This document shows positions 10,186 through 18,854 of a stretch of 64,000 bases of DNA, piece after piece. Within the stretch, counting starts at the first letter, position 1. Every line of letters begins with the position of its first letter. The notes under the pieces were generated by a model that worked only from the letters and a program-made list of their open reading frames with translations, did no database searches and had not been told where the DNA came from. Both the position numbers and the translations under genes were made by a program. Source of the stretch: Actinomycetes bacterium (GTDB lineage Bacteria; Actinomycetota; Aquicultoria; Aquicultorales; Aquicultoraceae); contig JAJYQA010000001.1 in assembly GCA_021794835.1 (NCBI GenBank), positions 3,277-67,276 on the forward strand. Reading direction: 5' to 3'.

Positions 10186-10340
10186 GGTAAAAGCCGTGCC
10201 AGAAAAGCACGGCTTTTAAGTTCTCATAGCTTATGCTATTCCCTTCGCTGGCATTACCCAGAAGCGGATTATCCGCCCTTCAGGTTCTAACGGTCGTGAG
10301 ATTTTTTGCCTCACCTCTCAGCCACCAAGAAGCAGCTCCC
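10186..10340 (-). promoter_or_regulatory. TPP (THI-box) riboswitch with terminator expression platform
   Basis: Minus strand reads GGUGGCUGAGAGG..ACCGUUAGAACCUGAAG..GGGUAAUGCCAGCGAAGGGAA, which are the CUGAGA and GGUAAUGCCAGCG.AGGGA THI-box cores. It is followed by hairpin AAAAGCCGUGC-UUUUCU-GGCACGGCUUUU plus a U-run at 10189-10217, then the thiM SD. Confidence 0.85.
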
Positions 10341-10347
10341 GAAGCAA

Positions 10348-10376
10348 TATTTAATTTTACAATATTTAATTTTCAA
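10348..10376 (-). promoter_or_regulatory. Putative sigma-70-type promoter of the thi operon
   Basis: Minus strand TTGAAA (10376-10371), 17-nt spacer, TAAATA (10353-10348), about 10 nt before the riboswitch 5' end. Embedded in a 14-mer tandem repeat. Confidence 0.4.
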
Positions 10377-10536
10377 CTAAATGATATCTAAAACCCCGGA
10401 GTTAGGCAATAGATATAAGCGAAGGTACTACTTTTCTGCCCCGCTTTTCTTTAGAAGACAAAATTATTTTTGCTCGCCATACTGGCACACGCTCGGTTAA
10501 AATAGGAATTATGGATATTTAGAATGGAGGTGTTTT

Positions 10537-11529
10537 ATGCCGGGTCTTTTTAGTCCTATAGAAATTAATGGACTGGAGTTGAAAAACAGGATTGTAATGC
10601 CGCCTATGGAGACAAACAAGGCGACCCCCGAAGGCTGTATCACCGACTGGATAATCAACCACTACGTCAAGCGGGCGCGTGGCGGCGTCGGTTTAATTAT
10701 TGTCGAACACACATTTGTTTTGCCTAACGGAAGATTCTCTCCCCGCCAGCTTGGCCTTTACAAAGATGACCTTATCCCTGGCTTTAGGCAGCTCGCAGAT
10801 GCAATCCATGCAGCGGGGGTGCCCTGCATACTACAGCTAAACCACGCAGGATCGCGTACGAAATCCGAAGTTATTGGTGGGCAGACGGTCTCGGCTTCAG
10901 CAATTCCCTTGCCAACAGGAGGTGAGGTGCCCCGCGAACTCTTGGCAGATGAGGTTCTTGAGATTGAGCATGCATTCGCCTCAGCTGCTGGAAGAGCTAA
11001 AGAAGCCGGCTTTGACGGCGTCGAGATCCACGGCGCGCATGGGTTTCTACTAAACCAGTTTGCGTCGCCTCTTACCAATAAGCGAAACGATGAATACGGC
11101 TTGGATATGACGGGCAGGATGCGTTTTCCGCTTGAGGTTATCCAATCGGTCCGCGATACAGTCGGATCCGACTATTCCCTCTTCTATAGGTTGGGGGCCG
11201 ATGACATGATTGAGGGCGGTATAACAATTGAAGACGGCGTTGAGATGGCGAAATTAATCGTAAACGCTGGTATAAAAGTAGTAGATGTTTCCGGAGGCCT
11301 CATTGGCTCTAGGCCCCCCGAGATGGTGCCCGGGCAATTTGCTCCACAGGCGGCTAGGGTTAAAAAAGCGGTCGATGTGCCAGTTATAGCCGTCGGGCTG
11401 ATAACAACCGGTGAGCTCGCCGATGATATCGTAAGGGACGGAGACGCCGATCTTGTCGCTATTGGAAGAGCCCTGCTAAAAGACGAAAACTGGCCGAGAA
11501 CGGCCGCTATGGATATCGGGCTTGAGTAA
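10537..11529 (+). CDS. NADH:flavin oxidoreductase (Old Yellow Enzyme family)
   Basis: 330 aa TIM-barrel OYE pattern (LKNRIVMPPM, GGVGLIIVEH, HAGS, GFDGVEIHGAHGFLLNQF); GGAGG SD. Confidence 0.85.
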   Translation: MPGLFSPIEINGLELKNRIVMPPMETNKATPEGCITDWIINHYVKRARGGVGLIIVEHTFVLPNGRFSPRQLGLYKDDLIPGFRQLADAIHAAGVPCILQLNHAGSRTKSEVIGGQTVSASAIPLPTGGEVPRELLADEVLEIEHAFASAAGRAKEAGFDGVEIHGAHGFLLNQFASPLTNKRNDEYGLDMTGRMRFPLEVIQSVRDTVGSDYSLFYRLGADDMIEGGITIEDGVEMAKLIVNAGIKVVDVSGGLIGSRPPEMVPGQFAPQAARVKKAVDVPVIAVGLITTGELADDIVRDGDADLVAIGRALLKDENWPRTAAMDIGLE

Positions 11530-11570
11530 CGACATAATTAATTGAATATTTTATCCCCTTTTGGCCTTTT

Positions 11571-11612
11571 GGCTGACCTACGTTAGACCCAAACGTCAGC
11601 GGCCTTTTGGCC
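11571..11612. terminator. Hairpin region between the convergent OYE gene and mltG
   Basis: GCTGAC(cta)CGTT..AACGTCAGC interrupted stem, then GGCCTTTTGGCC. Weak U-run on the plus strand only. Confidence 0.35.
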
Positions 11613-11615
11613 TTA

Positions 11616-12746
11616 TTACTGACCAGGTTGCACAGATTGAGTTGAGGGGGTTGTTGTCTGGTTGGACTGGTTTTTTTGGCTTTGGTGATACTCGTTAGCG
11701 GCTTTTAGAAACTCACCATATGTCTTGGCAAATGTATGCCTGCCCGAGTTGTCCGGCGCGAGGACATAGTACAAGTAATCGGTAGTAGCCGGGTTTAAGG
11801 CCGCCTGGATTGAATCGTATCCGGGGTTACAGATCGGCCCAGGCGGGAGACCTAGATGCTTATATGTATTATAGGGAGAGTCGACCTTAAGGTCGTTGTA
11901 ACTTAACCTGTCTTTCCAATGCGGTAGTGCATATTGAACCGTTGCATCAATTTGCAGTAACATCCCTATTCTCAAACGATTATATATTACCGAGGCAACA
12001 ATCGGCCTCTCCTCGGCTACCTTGGTCTCCCGCTCGATTAGTGATGCGATGATTATTATCTCATATGGCGTCCTGCCGAGTGCCTGGGCATTTGCCCAAT
12101 TCAAATTTGCGGTTCGCTTCTGGAATTGATCAAGTTGCATATCTACGAACTGCTGGGCAGTCGTGCCCTTTTTTATTGTGTATGTAGCAGGAAAAAGATA
12201 TCCTTCAAGACTATTTGTCTTCGAGCCATTGTTGTTTAAGAAAGGATAATCCGAACCTGCTTGACCTTGCTCTACAATTCCCAAGTACTCGTCTTCATTT
12301 ATCTTTGCAATGCTTCCAACCCGGGCTGCTATTTGCTTAGCCGCCCAGCCTTCAGGCAACGTGATTGTGTAGCATGTTATAGAAGGCCCTTTTATGAGCT
12401 TTTTAATAACGTCATCGTAGTTCATACCTGTCTTTAGCTCATACTCGCCTGGTTGAAATTTAGTCTCGACGTTCTGCCTTCTAACCATAAATCTGAACAC
12501 AAGAGCGTTTTTGATGACTTTTTTATCCTGGAGAAGATTGCCTATCTGTGCTACGCTCATTCCTTTTTCGATTTTTACCTTTACCGGTCTCTGCGGTATG
12601 TTATCTTTTTCAACAAAGCTTTTCCAGATGATGAAACCAGCAATGGTTATCACGCTTACCAGTATGATTAGCGAAATGGCGGCAACTAGACTCTTAACTA
12701 TATCGGACTCACTAGATTTTGCTGTATGTTTGCCTCGTTTAAAAAT
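11616..12746 (-). CDS. mltG: Endolytic murein transglycosylase MltG (YceG family)
   Basis: YceG-like domain (LPEGW, TPYEIIIIASLIERE, DSPYNTY). The track starts at GTG 12653, inside the TM helix. The frame stays open to an ATT at 12746 located 6 nt after AAGGAG (see finding). Confidence 0.85.
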   Translation of the reverse strand: MFKRGKHTAKSSESDIVKSLVAAISLIILVSVITIAGFIIWKSFVEKDNIPQRPVKVKIEKGMSVAQIGNLLQDKKVIKNALVFRFMVRRQNVETKFQPGEYELKTGMNYDDVIKKLIKGPSITCYTITLPEGWAAKQIAARVGSIAKINEDEYLGIVEQGQAGSDYPFLNNNGSKTNSLEGYLFPATYTIKKGTTAQQFVDMQLDQFQKRTANLNWANAQALGRTPYEIIIIASLIERETKVAEERPIVASVIYNRLRIGMLLQIDATVQYALPHWKDRLSYNDLKVDSPYNTYKHLGLPPGPICNPGYDSIQAALNPATTDYLYYVLAPDNSGRHTFAKTYGEFLKAANEYHQSQKNQSNQTTTPSTQSVQPGQ

Positions 12747-12748
12747 AG

Positions 12749-13168
12749 TTAACTCCTTGGCTTCTTTGAGTCTATATAGTTCTGTAATATGATCGCTGCT
12801 GCAATTTTATCCACCACTTCTTTTCTGCGGGCGCGTTTTACCCCAGATTCGGTTAAGGTGCGTTCCGCAGCAGATGTTGTCAATCGCTCGTCCCATGTTT
12901 TGACGGGAATTTCCAACCTTACCCTTAATTTTTCTACATATTCTAAAACAATTCGGGCCTGAGGACCTATTTGTCCGGTTAGCGAGACCGGCAGGCCCAC
13001 AACAACTTCGCCGACATCATATTCATCAATAAGATGTGCGATCTTCTGTATATCAATACCCTCGTTCTGTTTTTCAATCACAGTTAAGGGCTGCGCCATA
13101 CTCCCTGTTGGATCCGATATAGCGATCCCTATACGGCGCAGACCAAAATCAAGCCCTAGTATTCTCAT
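12749..13168 (-). CDS. ruvX: Holliday-junction-resolvase-like nuclease RuvX (YqgF)
   Basis: 139 aa, MRILGLDFGLRRIGIAISD N-terminus typical of YqgF; sits between alaS and mltG as in other Actinomycetota. Confidence 0.9.
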   Translation of the reverse strand: MRILGLDFGLRRIGIAISDPTGSMAQPLTVIEKQNEGIDIQKIAHLIDEYDVGEVVVGLPVSLTGQIGPQARIVLEYVEKLRVRLEIPVKTWDERLTTSAAERTLTESGVKRARRKEVVDKIAAAIILQNYIDSKKPRS

Positions 13169-13186
13169 AATTTATTTCTTAAGTAT

Positions 13187-15826
13187 TTATTTCTTAAGCA
13201 TTCCCTGGATTTCTTTCCAGGCCTCTTCAAAAGCTCTAGGAACTCCGTTAGGCTCTTTGCCGCCTGCCTGTGCAAGGTCGGGCCGTCCTCCCCCACCACC
13301 CCCTACGAGTGGAGCTACTTTTTTGATAAGATTACCGGCGTTAAAACCTGCTTTGACCATGTCAGGTGTTGCTGCTGCTATTAGCATCACCCTATTATCG
13401 GCAGTGCTTGCGAGCAACAGTATGGCTGTTCCGGCCTGCTCTCTTAGAAGATCCGCGTAAGACCTCAGGCTCTCCATATCCGGTGCCTCAATCTGCTTTA
13501 TTATTACTTTTGTCCCGTTGACGGGCTTGGCCTCAGATAAGAGCTCATGTACGTTTTCTTTAACAAGCTTTTTCTTGGCCGATTCAAGTTGCTGTGTAAG
13601 TTGCTTGTTGACCTGCAGTAGCCCCCGCACTTTCTCAGTAACCTGCCCAGGAGCAGATTTCAGCAGGTTTGCCGTACCTACAAGCTCATCTTCTTCCCTC
13701 TGCAAATAATCTAGCGCAGCCCCATTGGTAACCGCCTCAATACGGCGGGTATTTGCGCCAATACTGCTCTCGCTGGTTATCTTAAACAGGCCAATTTCAC
13801 TGGTGTTGCCAACATGCGTACCGCCGCAAAGCTCTTTACTAAAGTTGCCTACTTCAACAAGCCGCACAAACTCGCCATATTTCTGGTCAAACAGTGCGAT
13901 CGCCCCGATCTCTCTTGCAAAGTCGTATGAGGTTACAAATGAGCGAACCGGATTATTTTCAAATATTTTCTCATTTACAAGCTTCTCGATTTGTTTTAAC
14001 TGCTCCTTTGTAACCGGCGCAAAGTGAGTTAAGTCAAAGCGAAGCCGCTCTGGTTCGACTAAAGACCCCGCTTGCTTAACATGGTCTCCAAGGACACGCC
14101 TTAGGGCCCACTGCAAGAGATGCGTTGCAGTATGGTTTCTTCGTATAGCCTGGCGGCGTGCACTCTCAACTGCAGCTCTCGCAATCTGGTCAATCAAGAT
14201 TTTTCCTGATTTAACCTTTCCCAGATGGATATAAATGCCCTCTAAGGGCTCCTGGGCGTCGTAAACCTCGACCAAGCCGCTATCTGTCTCAATAAGGCCT
14301 TTGTCTCCAACTTGGCCGCCTTTTTCTGCATAAAACGGTGTCCGGTTTAGGAATATCTCAACCTCATTCCCCGCCTCGGCCTCGGTAATAATAACGTTCT
14401 TCTTCACTATTGCTTTAATCGTAGCCTGCGTTTCGTCAACCTCATAGCCAACAAACTCCGATTTACCGAATTCTTCGCTTATTTCCTGGTATACCTCAAG
14501 ATGGCGAAGTTCGCGCTCACCTGCCCACGAGGCCCGTGCCCGCTCCCTTTGTTCCTCCATCAAGGCCTGAAAAGTTGTCTCTTCAACGCCAAGTCCATGG
14601 TCGCCAGCAATTTCAATAGTGAGCTCAAGCGGGAACCCAAAAGTATCGTAGAGACGAAATACAAAGTCGCCAGCCAGCGTGTCTTTTCCTTCGCTTCTTG
14701 CCAAAGCTATTGCCTCGTCCAATATGTTTAAACCTTGCTTAAGCGTTTCCATGAACCGCTTCTCCTCATGGCTTGCAATCCGGTCGATAAACACCTTGTT
14801 TTCAGGAAGTTCTGGATAACCGCTCTTCATGGTCTCGACCACCGATTCTATAACCCGGTTTATAAACGGTTCTTCCACCCCAAGAAGTCTTGCATGAAGG
14901 ACCGCTCTTCGAAGAAGCCTTCTTAAGACGTAGCCCCGGCCTTCGTTTGACGGTAAAACGCCGTCGTTTATAAGAAACGTCACCGCCCTCGAGTGGTCTG
15001 CAACTACTTTAACCGATACATCGCGCTCCGGGTTAACACCATAGGTAACATTCGCTACTTGGATTACCCTTTCAACTATGGGGTAGAGGACATCGGTCTC
15101 GAAAGTTGATCGGACTCCCTGAAGAATCCTTGCAATACGCTCAAGACCCGCACCCGTGTCGATATTTTTCTTCGGAAGCGGGTGGAGATCTCCATTTTCG
15201 TCTCTGTCGTACTGCATAAAAACCAGGTTCCAGACCTCAAGATATCGGTCGCAATCACAACCGACGGTACACGTGGGCTTGCCGCAGCCAAAATCCGGCC
15301 CCAGGTCATACATTATCTCAGAGCTTGGACCGCACGGGCCGGTAGGACCCGCAGACCAGAAGTTATCCTCACCCATACGAAAGATTCTTTCCGGCTCAAG
15401 ACCGGCTTCGTTTCTCCAAATTTCAAACGCCCCGTCGTCGTCCTCATAGATAGTTACATAGAGATTATCAAGCGGCAGCTTAAGGCGTTGGGTTACAAAC
15501 TCCCAAGCCCAGCCTATCGCCTCTTTTTTGAAGTAGTCGCCGAATGAGAAGTTTCCAAGCATCTCAAAAAATGTAAGATGCCTGGCGGTCTTGCCGACGT
15601 TTTCAATGTCGGTCGTTCTTAGACATTTCTGAACGGTCGTTGCCCGTTTAAAATCCACCTTCTTCTCGCCTAAGAAAATCGGCTTAAACTGTACCATGCC
15701 GGCCGCAGTTAAAAGCAACGTGGGATCGTCGGGTACAAGCGACGAGCTGGGCAAAACCTTGTGTCCCTTTGTTTGAAAAAATGTTGTAAATATTTTTCTT
15801 ATTTCAGCTGAGCTAAGTTTTTCCAT
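13187..15826 (-). CDS. alaS: Alanine--tRNA ligase
   Basis: Class II AlaRS blocks (FFQTKGH, FEMLGNFSFGDYFK, editing HTATHLL, C-terminal GGGGGRPDLAQAGG). Probable start is the ATG at 15826 (MEKLSSAEIRKIF); the 13 upstream codons overlap the preceding gene. Confidence 0.95.
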   Translation of the reverse strand: MEKLSSAEIRKIFTTFFQTKGHKVLPSSSLVPDDPTLLLTAAGMVQFKPIFLGEKKVDFKRATTVQKCLRTTDIENVGKTARHLTFFEMLGNFSFGDYFKKEAIGWAWEFVTQRLKLPLDNLYVTIYEDDDGAFEIWRNEAGLEPERIFRMGEDNFWSAGPTGPCGPSSEIMYDLGPDFGCGKPTCTVGCDCDRYLEVWNLVFMQYDRDENGDLHPLPKKNIDTGAGLERIARILQGVRSTFETDVLYPIVERVIQVANVTYGVNPERDVSVKVVADHSRAVTFLINDGVLPSNEGRGYVLRRLLRRAVLHARLLGVEEPFINRVIESVVETMKSGYPELPENKVFIDRIASHEEKRFMETLKQGLNILDEAIALARSEGKDTLAGDFVFRLYDTFGFPLELTIEIAGDHGLGVEETTFQALMEEQRERARASWAGERELRHLEVYQEISEEFGKSEFVGYEVDETQATIKAIVKKNVIITEAEAGNEVEIFLNRTPFYAEKGGQVGDKGLIETDSGLVEVYDAQEPLEGIYIHLGKVKSGKILIDQIARAAVESARRQAIRRNHTATHLLQWALRRVLGDHVKQAGSLVEPERLRFDLTHFAPVTKEQLKQIEKLVNEKIFENNPVRSFVTSYDFAREIGAIALFDQKYGEFVRLVEVGNFSKELCGGTHVGNTSEIGLFKITSESSIGANTRRIEAVTNGAALDYLQREEDELVGTANLLKSAPGQVTEKVRGLLQVNKQLTQQLESAKKKLVKENVHELLSEAKPVNGTKVIIKQIEAPDMESLRSYADLLREQAGTAILLLASTADNRVMLIAAATPDMVKAGFNAGNLIKKVAPLVGGGGGGRPDLAQAGGKEPNGVPRAFEEAWKEIQGMLKK

Positions 15827-15833
15827 TCCTTTA

Positions 15834-16955
15834 TCAAACCTTTGACGTCTCCAGCTCATTGACATCGGGCTGTTCGCTGCCGTTATTTCGCTCTCTAAAA
15901 TGCAGGTAGAGAGCTTTGCCTACTGCAGCAAGCGGGATAGCTATAAGCATTCCAATAAATCCTAATAAAGTCCCCCCAACCAAGAGGGCGAATATAACAA
16001 GCACCGGGTGCAGATTCACCTGGCTGCTCATAATACGAGGTGATATAAAGACACTATCAATCTGTTGCACAGTTAGCAACACAACAATAACTATAACAGC
16101 TAATTGCCAGGATGTCCCTAGGGCAATTATAACCGCCGGTGCGCCCCCAATTATAGGCCCCAGATAGGGAATTATATTAAAGACCCCTATTATAAATCCA
16201 AGAAGGATTGCGTAATCAACCCCAAGGGCGGATAGCGCGATACCGCAGAGAACCGCGACACTTAATGCAACAAGCGCTTGCCCCTTAATAAAACCACCAA
16301 CCACACTGTCTATTTGTTTAATTATCTGCATTCCCTCATCTCGGTATTTTTTGGGAATTGCTTCTCCGATCGTTATCCTAATTACTTTATAATCTTTTAG
16401 GATATAAAACGCGATAACTGGAGCAAGAACTACGTTTAAGACACTGCCGAAGATGCTTGCGGTCATGGTCGGGATAGACTCGGCCATCTTCTGCAGAAAC
16501 GACCTAAACGAATCCCCCAAGCCGGTTAAAAACCGGGTTGCCTGGTCACCTTTTAAAAATGGGTGCGCGTGCACAAAATCGTTTATATAGCCATTGGCGA
16601 CCGCAACGTACTTGGGAAGTTTATTTATGAAACCATAGATCTCTCGGTAAAGGATTGGGCCTACATACATGCCAAGAAGGGTTAGAATTGCTAAAAGCCC
16701 CAGGTATGACAATAAAAGTGCGATAACCCTTGGGACCCCTTTATCGTCGAGGAAGTTTACAACGGGGCGTAAGATATAGACAAAGAGCAGCGCATAAAGA
16801 AAAGGCATGAGTACCGTATGTATGCTGTACAGCGCAAATACTATTATGCTTAGTAGTACTATGACACCTACCCATGCCCAGGCGATAATGCCTAAATGTT
16901 TTACTCGCTCAATTCCTTCTTGCTTTTTCAATGCTAGCACTCCATCACACATCAA
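15834..16955 (-). CDS. AI-2E family (PerM/UPF0118) membrane transporter
   Basis: 373 aa with about 8 TM segments and the typical PIIGGAPA / ISPRIM blocks. Start uncertain: TTG 16955, ATG 16952, or TTG 16931 that lies 6 nt after the repeat-borne GGAGTG. Confidence 0.8.
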   Translation of the reverse strand: MMCDGVLALKKQEGIERVKHLGIIAWAWVGVIVLLSIIVFALYSIHTVLMPFLYALLFVYILRPVVNFLDDKGVPRVIALLLSYLGLLAILTLLGMYVGPILYREIYGFINKLPKYVAVANGYINDFVHAHPFLKGDQATRFLTGLGDSFRSFLQKMAESIPTMTASIFGSVLNVVLAPVIAFYILKDYKVIRITIGEAIPKKYRDEGMQIIKQIDSVVGGFIKGQALVALSVAVLCGIALSALGVDYAILLGFIIGVFNIIPYLGPIIGGAPAVIIALGTSWQLAVIVIVVLLTVQQIDSVFISPRIMSSQVNLHPVLVIFALLVGGTLLGFIGMLIAIPLAAVGKALYLHFRERNNGSEQPDVNELETSKV

Positions 16956-17135
16956 CTAACCATAAGATTTCTTAAACAGTTAAAGAAGAAAGTAGAAATT
17001 AGACCGATTAGAAATTGCTCTTTGAGTCAAAATAACCCTCATTAATCTAATCTATCCCTCAATAATTCAATCTACTTACTACTTTCTAATTTCTAATCTC
17101 TAGTACAGCGTCACTTTGTGACGCTGTACTACTCC
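16938..17135 (-). repeat. R1 MITE-like repeat, copy 1
   Basis: Near-identical to 51216-51410 and diverged/inverted at 48513-48662. Contains hairpin AGTACAGCGTCAC-TTT-GTGACGCTGTACT (17102-17130) and internal inverted TAGAAATTAGA arms. Confidence 0.9.
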
Positions 17136-17923
17136 TCCCGGTCTTGGAGCATCCTCTCTCGCAGAACTTCAAGCGTTCTTCTTAGTAGCCTTGACACGTG
17201 CATCTGCGATATGCCAAGCTGCTGTGCAATCTCTGTTTGGGTTAGGCCGCGGAAAAATCGCAGATAGAGTATCCGCTGTTCCTGCTTGCTTAACTTAGAT
17301 AGCGACTCGGCAAGCGTCGTTCGATCCTCGATTCCGATTAGTTCTTTGTCGTCTTCCCCAATATATTCTAGAAGCGAAAAACTGTCATCTGCGTCGGACG
17401 ATAGATCTCGGTCCAACGAAACAAAACTATAGGCCTCACTGGTTTCCATTGCCTCGATTACTTGCTCGGTCGTTACTCCTATATGTTCGGCTATCTCAGC
17501 GATAGTAGGGGATCTTCTTAGATTCTGGGTAAGCGTGTTCATCGCCTGTGTTACAATAAGGCTTAATTCCTGGAGCCTTCGCGGAACTTTTACCGCCCAT
17601 CCCTTGTCCCTAAAATAGCGCTTAATCTCGCCAACTATAGTTGGAGTTGCATATGTTGTAAACTCGACCGCCCGCTCTACATCAAAACGATCGATTGCCT
17701 TTATAAGCCCGATTGTACCCACCTGAATAAGGTCCTCGATCGGCTCGCCCCGGTTTTTAAACCGCCTTGCAAGGTACTCGACAAGGTTGATGTACATCGC
17801 AACAAGTTCGTCTCTTAACTCAGGCGACCTCGTTTTTTTATATTCTTTAAAAAGTTCTAAGGTCCTATCTTTATCCCAGGCTAAAGTTTTACTATTTTTC
17901 TTCTTTCGTGGATGTGCGGCCAA
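17129..17923 (-). CDS. RNA polymerase sigma factor, SigB/SigF/SigG (group 3) family
   Basis: 264 aa; regions 2-4 present (DLIQVGTIGLIKAIDRFD, FTTYATPTIVGEIKRYFRDKGWAVKVPRR, TQTEIAQQLGISQMHVSRL). TTG start after GAGGAGG. Confidence 0.9.
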   Translation of the reverse strand: MAAHPRKKKNSKTLAWDKDRTLELFKEYKKTRSPELRDELVAMYINLVEYLARRFKNRGEPIEDLIQVGTIGLIKAIDRFDVERAVEFTTYATPTIVGEIKRYFRDKGWAVKVPRRLQELSLIVTQAMNTLTQNLRRSPTIAEIAEHIGVTTEQVIEAMETSEAYSFVSLDRDLSSDADDSFSLLEYIGEDDKELIGIEDRTTLAESLSKLSKQEQRILYLRFFRGLTQTEIAQQLGISQMHVSRLLRRTLEVLRERMLQDREE

Positions 17924-17947
17924 AACTAATTTGCCTCCTCTTGGCGA

Positions 17948-18319
17948 TTAAATGTTTTTAACCATGCGAAGATTCCTGGTCCCGTTGTTTTTAATCCATT
18001 CGACTTTGTCCATAACCGAGCTTAAAATAGAAAAGCCAAACCTTTGACTCTGTTCTTCCTCTAAAGTTTCAATTGTTCCCAATCCTGTAACCAAAACCTC
18101 TAAACGATCGGAATAAATTTCAAACGTAACGTTAAATCTATCCTGCTTTGGGTCTCTGAGCGCTAAAAGGTAGGCCTCCTCCAGGCCTATTTTCAGGTCT
18201 TCCAAATAATCAAAATTAAAGTTCATCCTGTTCCCGATACCGGCTACCGCAAGCCTTAGAAGCCTCGCATACTCCTTTTTCGCTGGTAAACCCAACTCCA
18301 CTTTATCCACATCGCTCAC
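17948..18319 (-). CDS. RsbW/SpoIIAB-like anti-sigma factor with degenerate ATP-binding motifs
   Basis: 123 aa, collinear with RsbW (VELGLPAKKEYARLLRLAVAGIGNRMNFNFDYLEDLKIGLEEA ... DRLEVLV) and directly upstream of the sigma gene. The N-box Asn/His and the DxGxG and G2 boxes are absent. Confidence 0.7.
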   Translation of the reverse strand: MSDVDKVELGLPAKKEYARLLRLAVAGIGNRMNFNFDYLEDLKIGLEEAYLLALRDPKQDRFNVTFEIYSDRLEVLVTGLGTIETLEEEQSQRFGFSILSSVMDKVEWIKNNGTRNLRMVKNI

Positions 18320-18334
18320 CCCGCTCTATCACCC

Positions 18335-18370
18335 AAAAAATAGACTAAAAGCTAGTAGAGAGCTACTAGC
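18335..18370 (-). terminator. Rho-independent terminator after the DUF948 gene
   Basis: Minus strand GCTAGTAG-CTCT-CTACTAGC followed by TTTTAGTCTATTTTTT. Confidence 0.6.
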
Positions 18371-18454
18371 AATCTTTGTTTTTATATCCTTAAGCAATAA
18401 TCAATGATCAATAAACAGCTTTTTAAGGAAATTATTGCTTTATATTGTAATGGC

Positions 18455-18808
18455 TCAACGGCCAACTAATTTCTTTATTGCTTCTTTTGCCCCGGCTGAG
18501 ATACTCACCGCTCTTATCAAGGGTGACGATACAATCTCATGGACCATTCTTGTTGTTGTACTGACCTTATCGCCAATATTCCCCACAGTTCTTACAACCT
18601 GGTCAAATTGACCTAGCTCATCATTTACCTGCTTAACTGTATCCTGTAGGTCATTTAGTAGGGGACTAAGCTTCTCGTTAAGATTTACAACTAAGGTATC
18701 AACGTTGACCAGGGTCTTCTTAAGCTGTACAAGCGCAGATATTGCAAACCCGATCAGCACCAGTGCCGCTGCTGCAATTAGTACCGCAATAACTAAAGAC
18801 GGTGTCAT
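18455..18808 (-). CDS. DUF948-type membrane-anchored coiled-coil protein
   Basis: 117 aa, N-terminal TM helix (LVIAVLIAAAALVLIGFAISALV), then a helical repeat region. GGAGGAAAAT-ATG SD and an extended -10 (TGTTAGAAT) upstream. Confidence 0.7.
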   Translation of the reverse strand: MTPSLVIAVLIAAAALVLIGFAISALVQLKKTLVNVDTLVVNLNEKLSPLLNDLQDTVKQVNDELGQFDQVVRTVGNIGDKVSTTTRMVHEIVSSPLIRAVSISAGAKEAIKKLVGR

Positions 18809-18854
18809 ATTTTCCTCCTACGCTTGAAATTCTAACATACAGGATTTTTTATTT

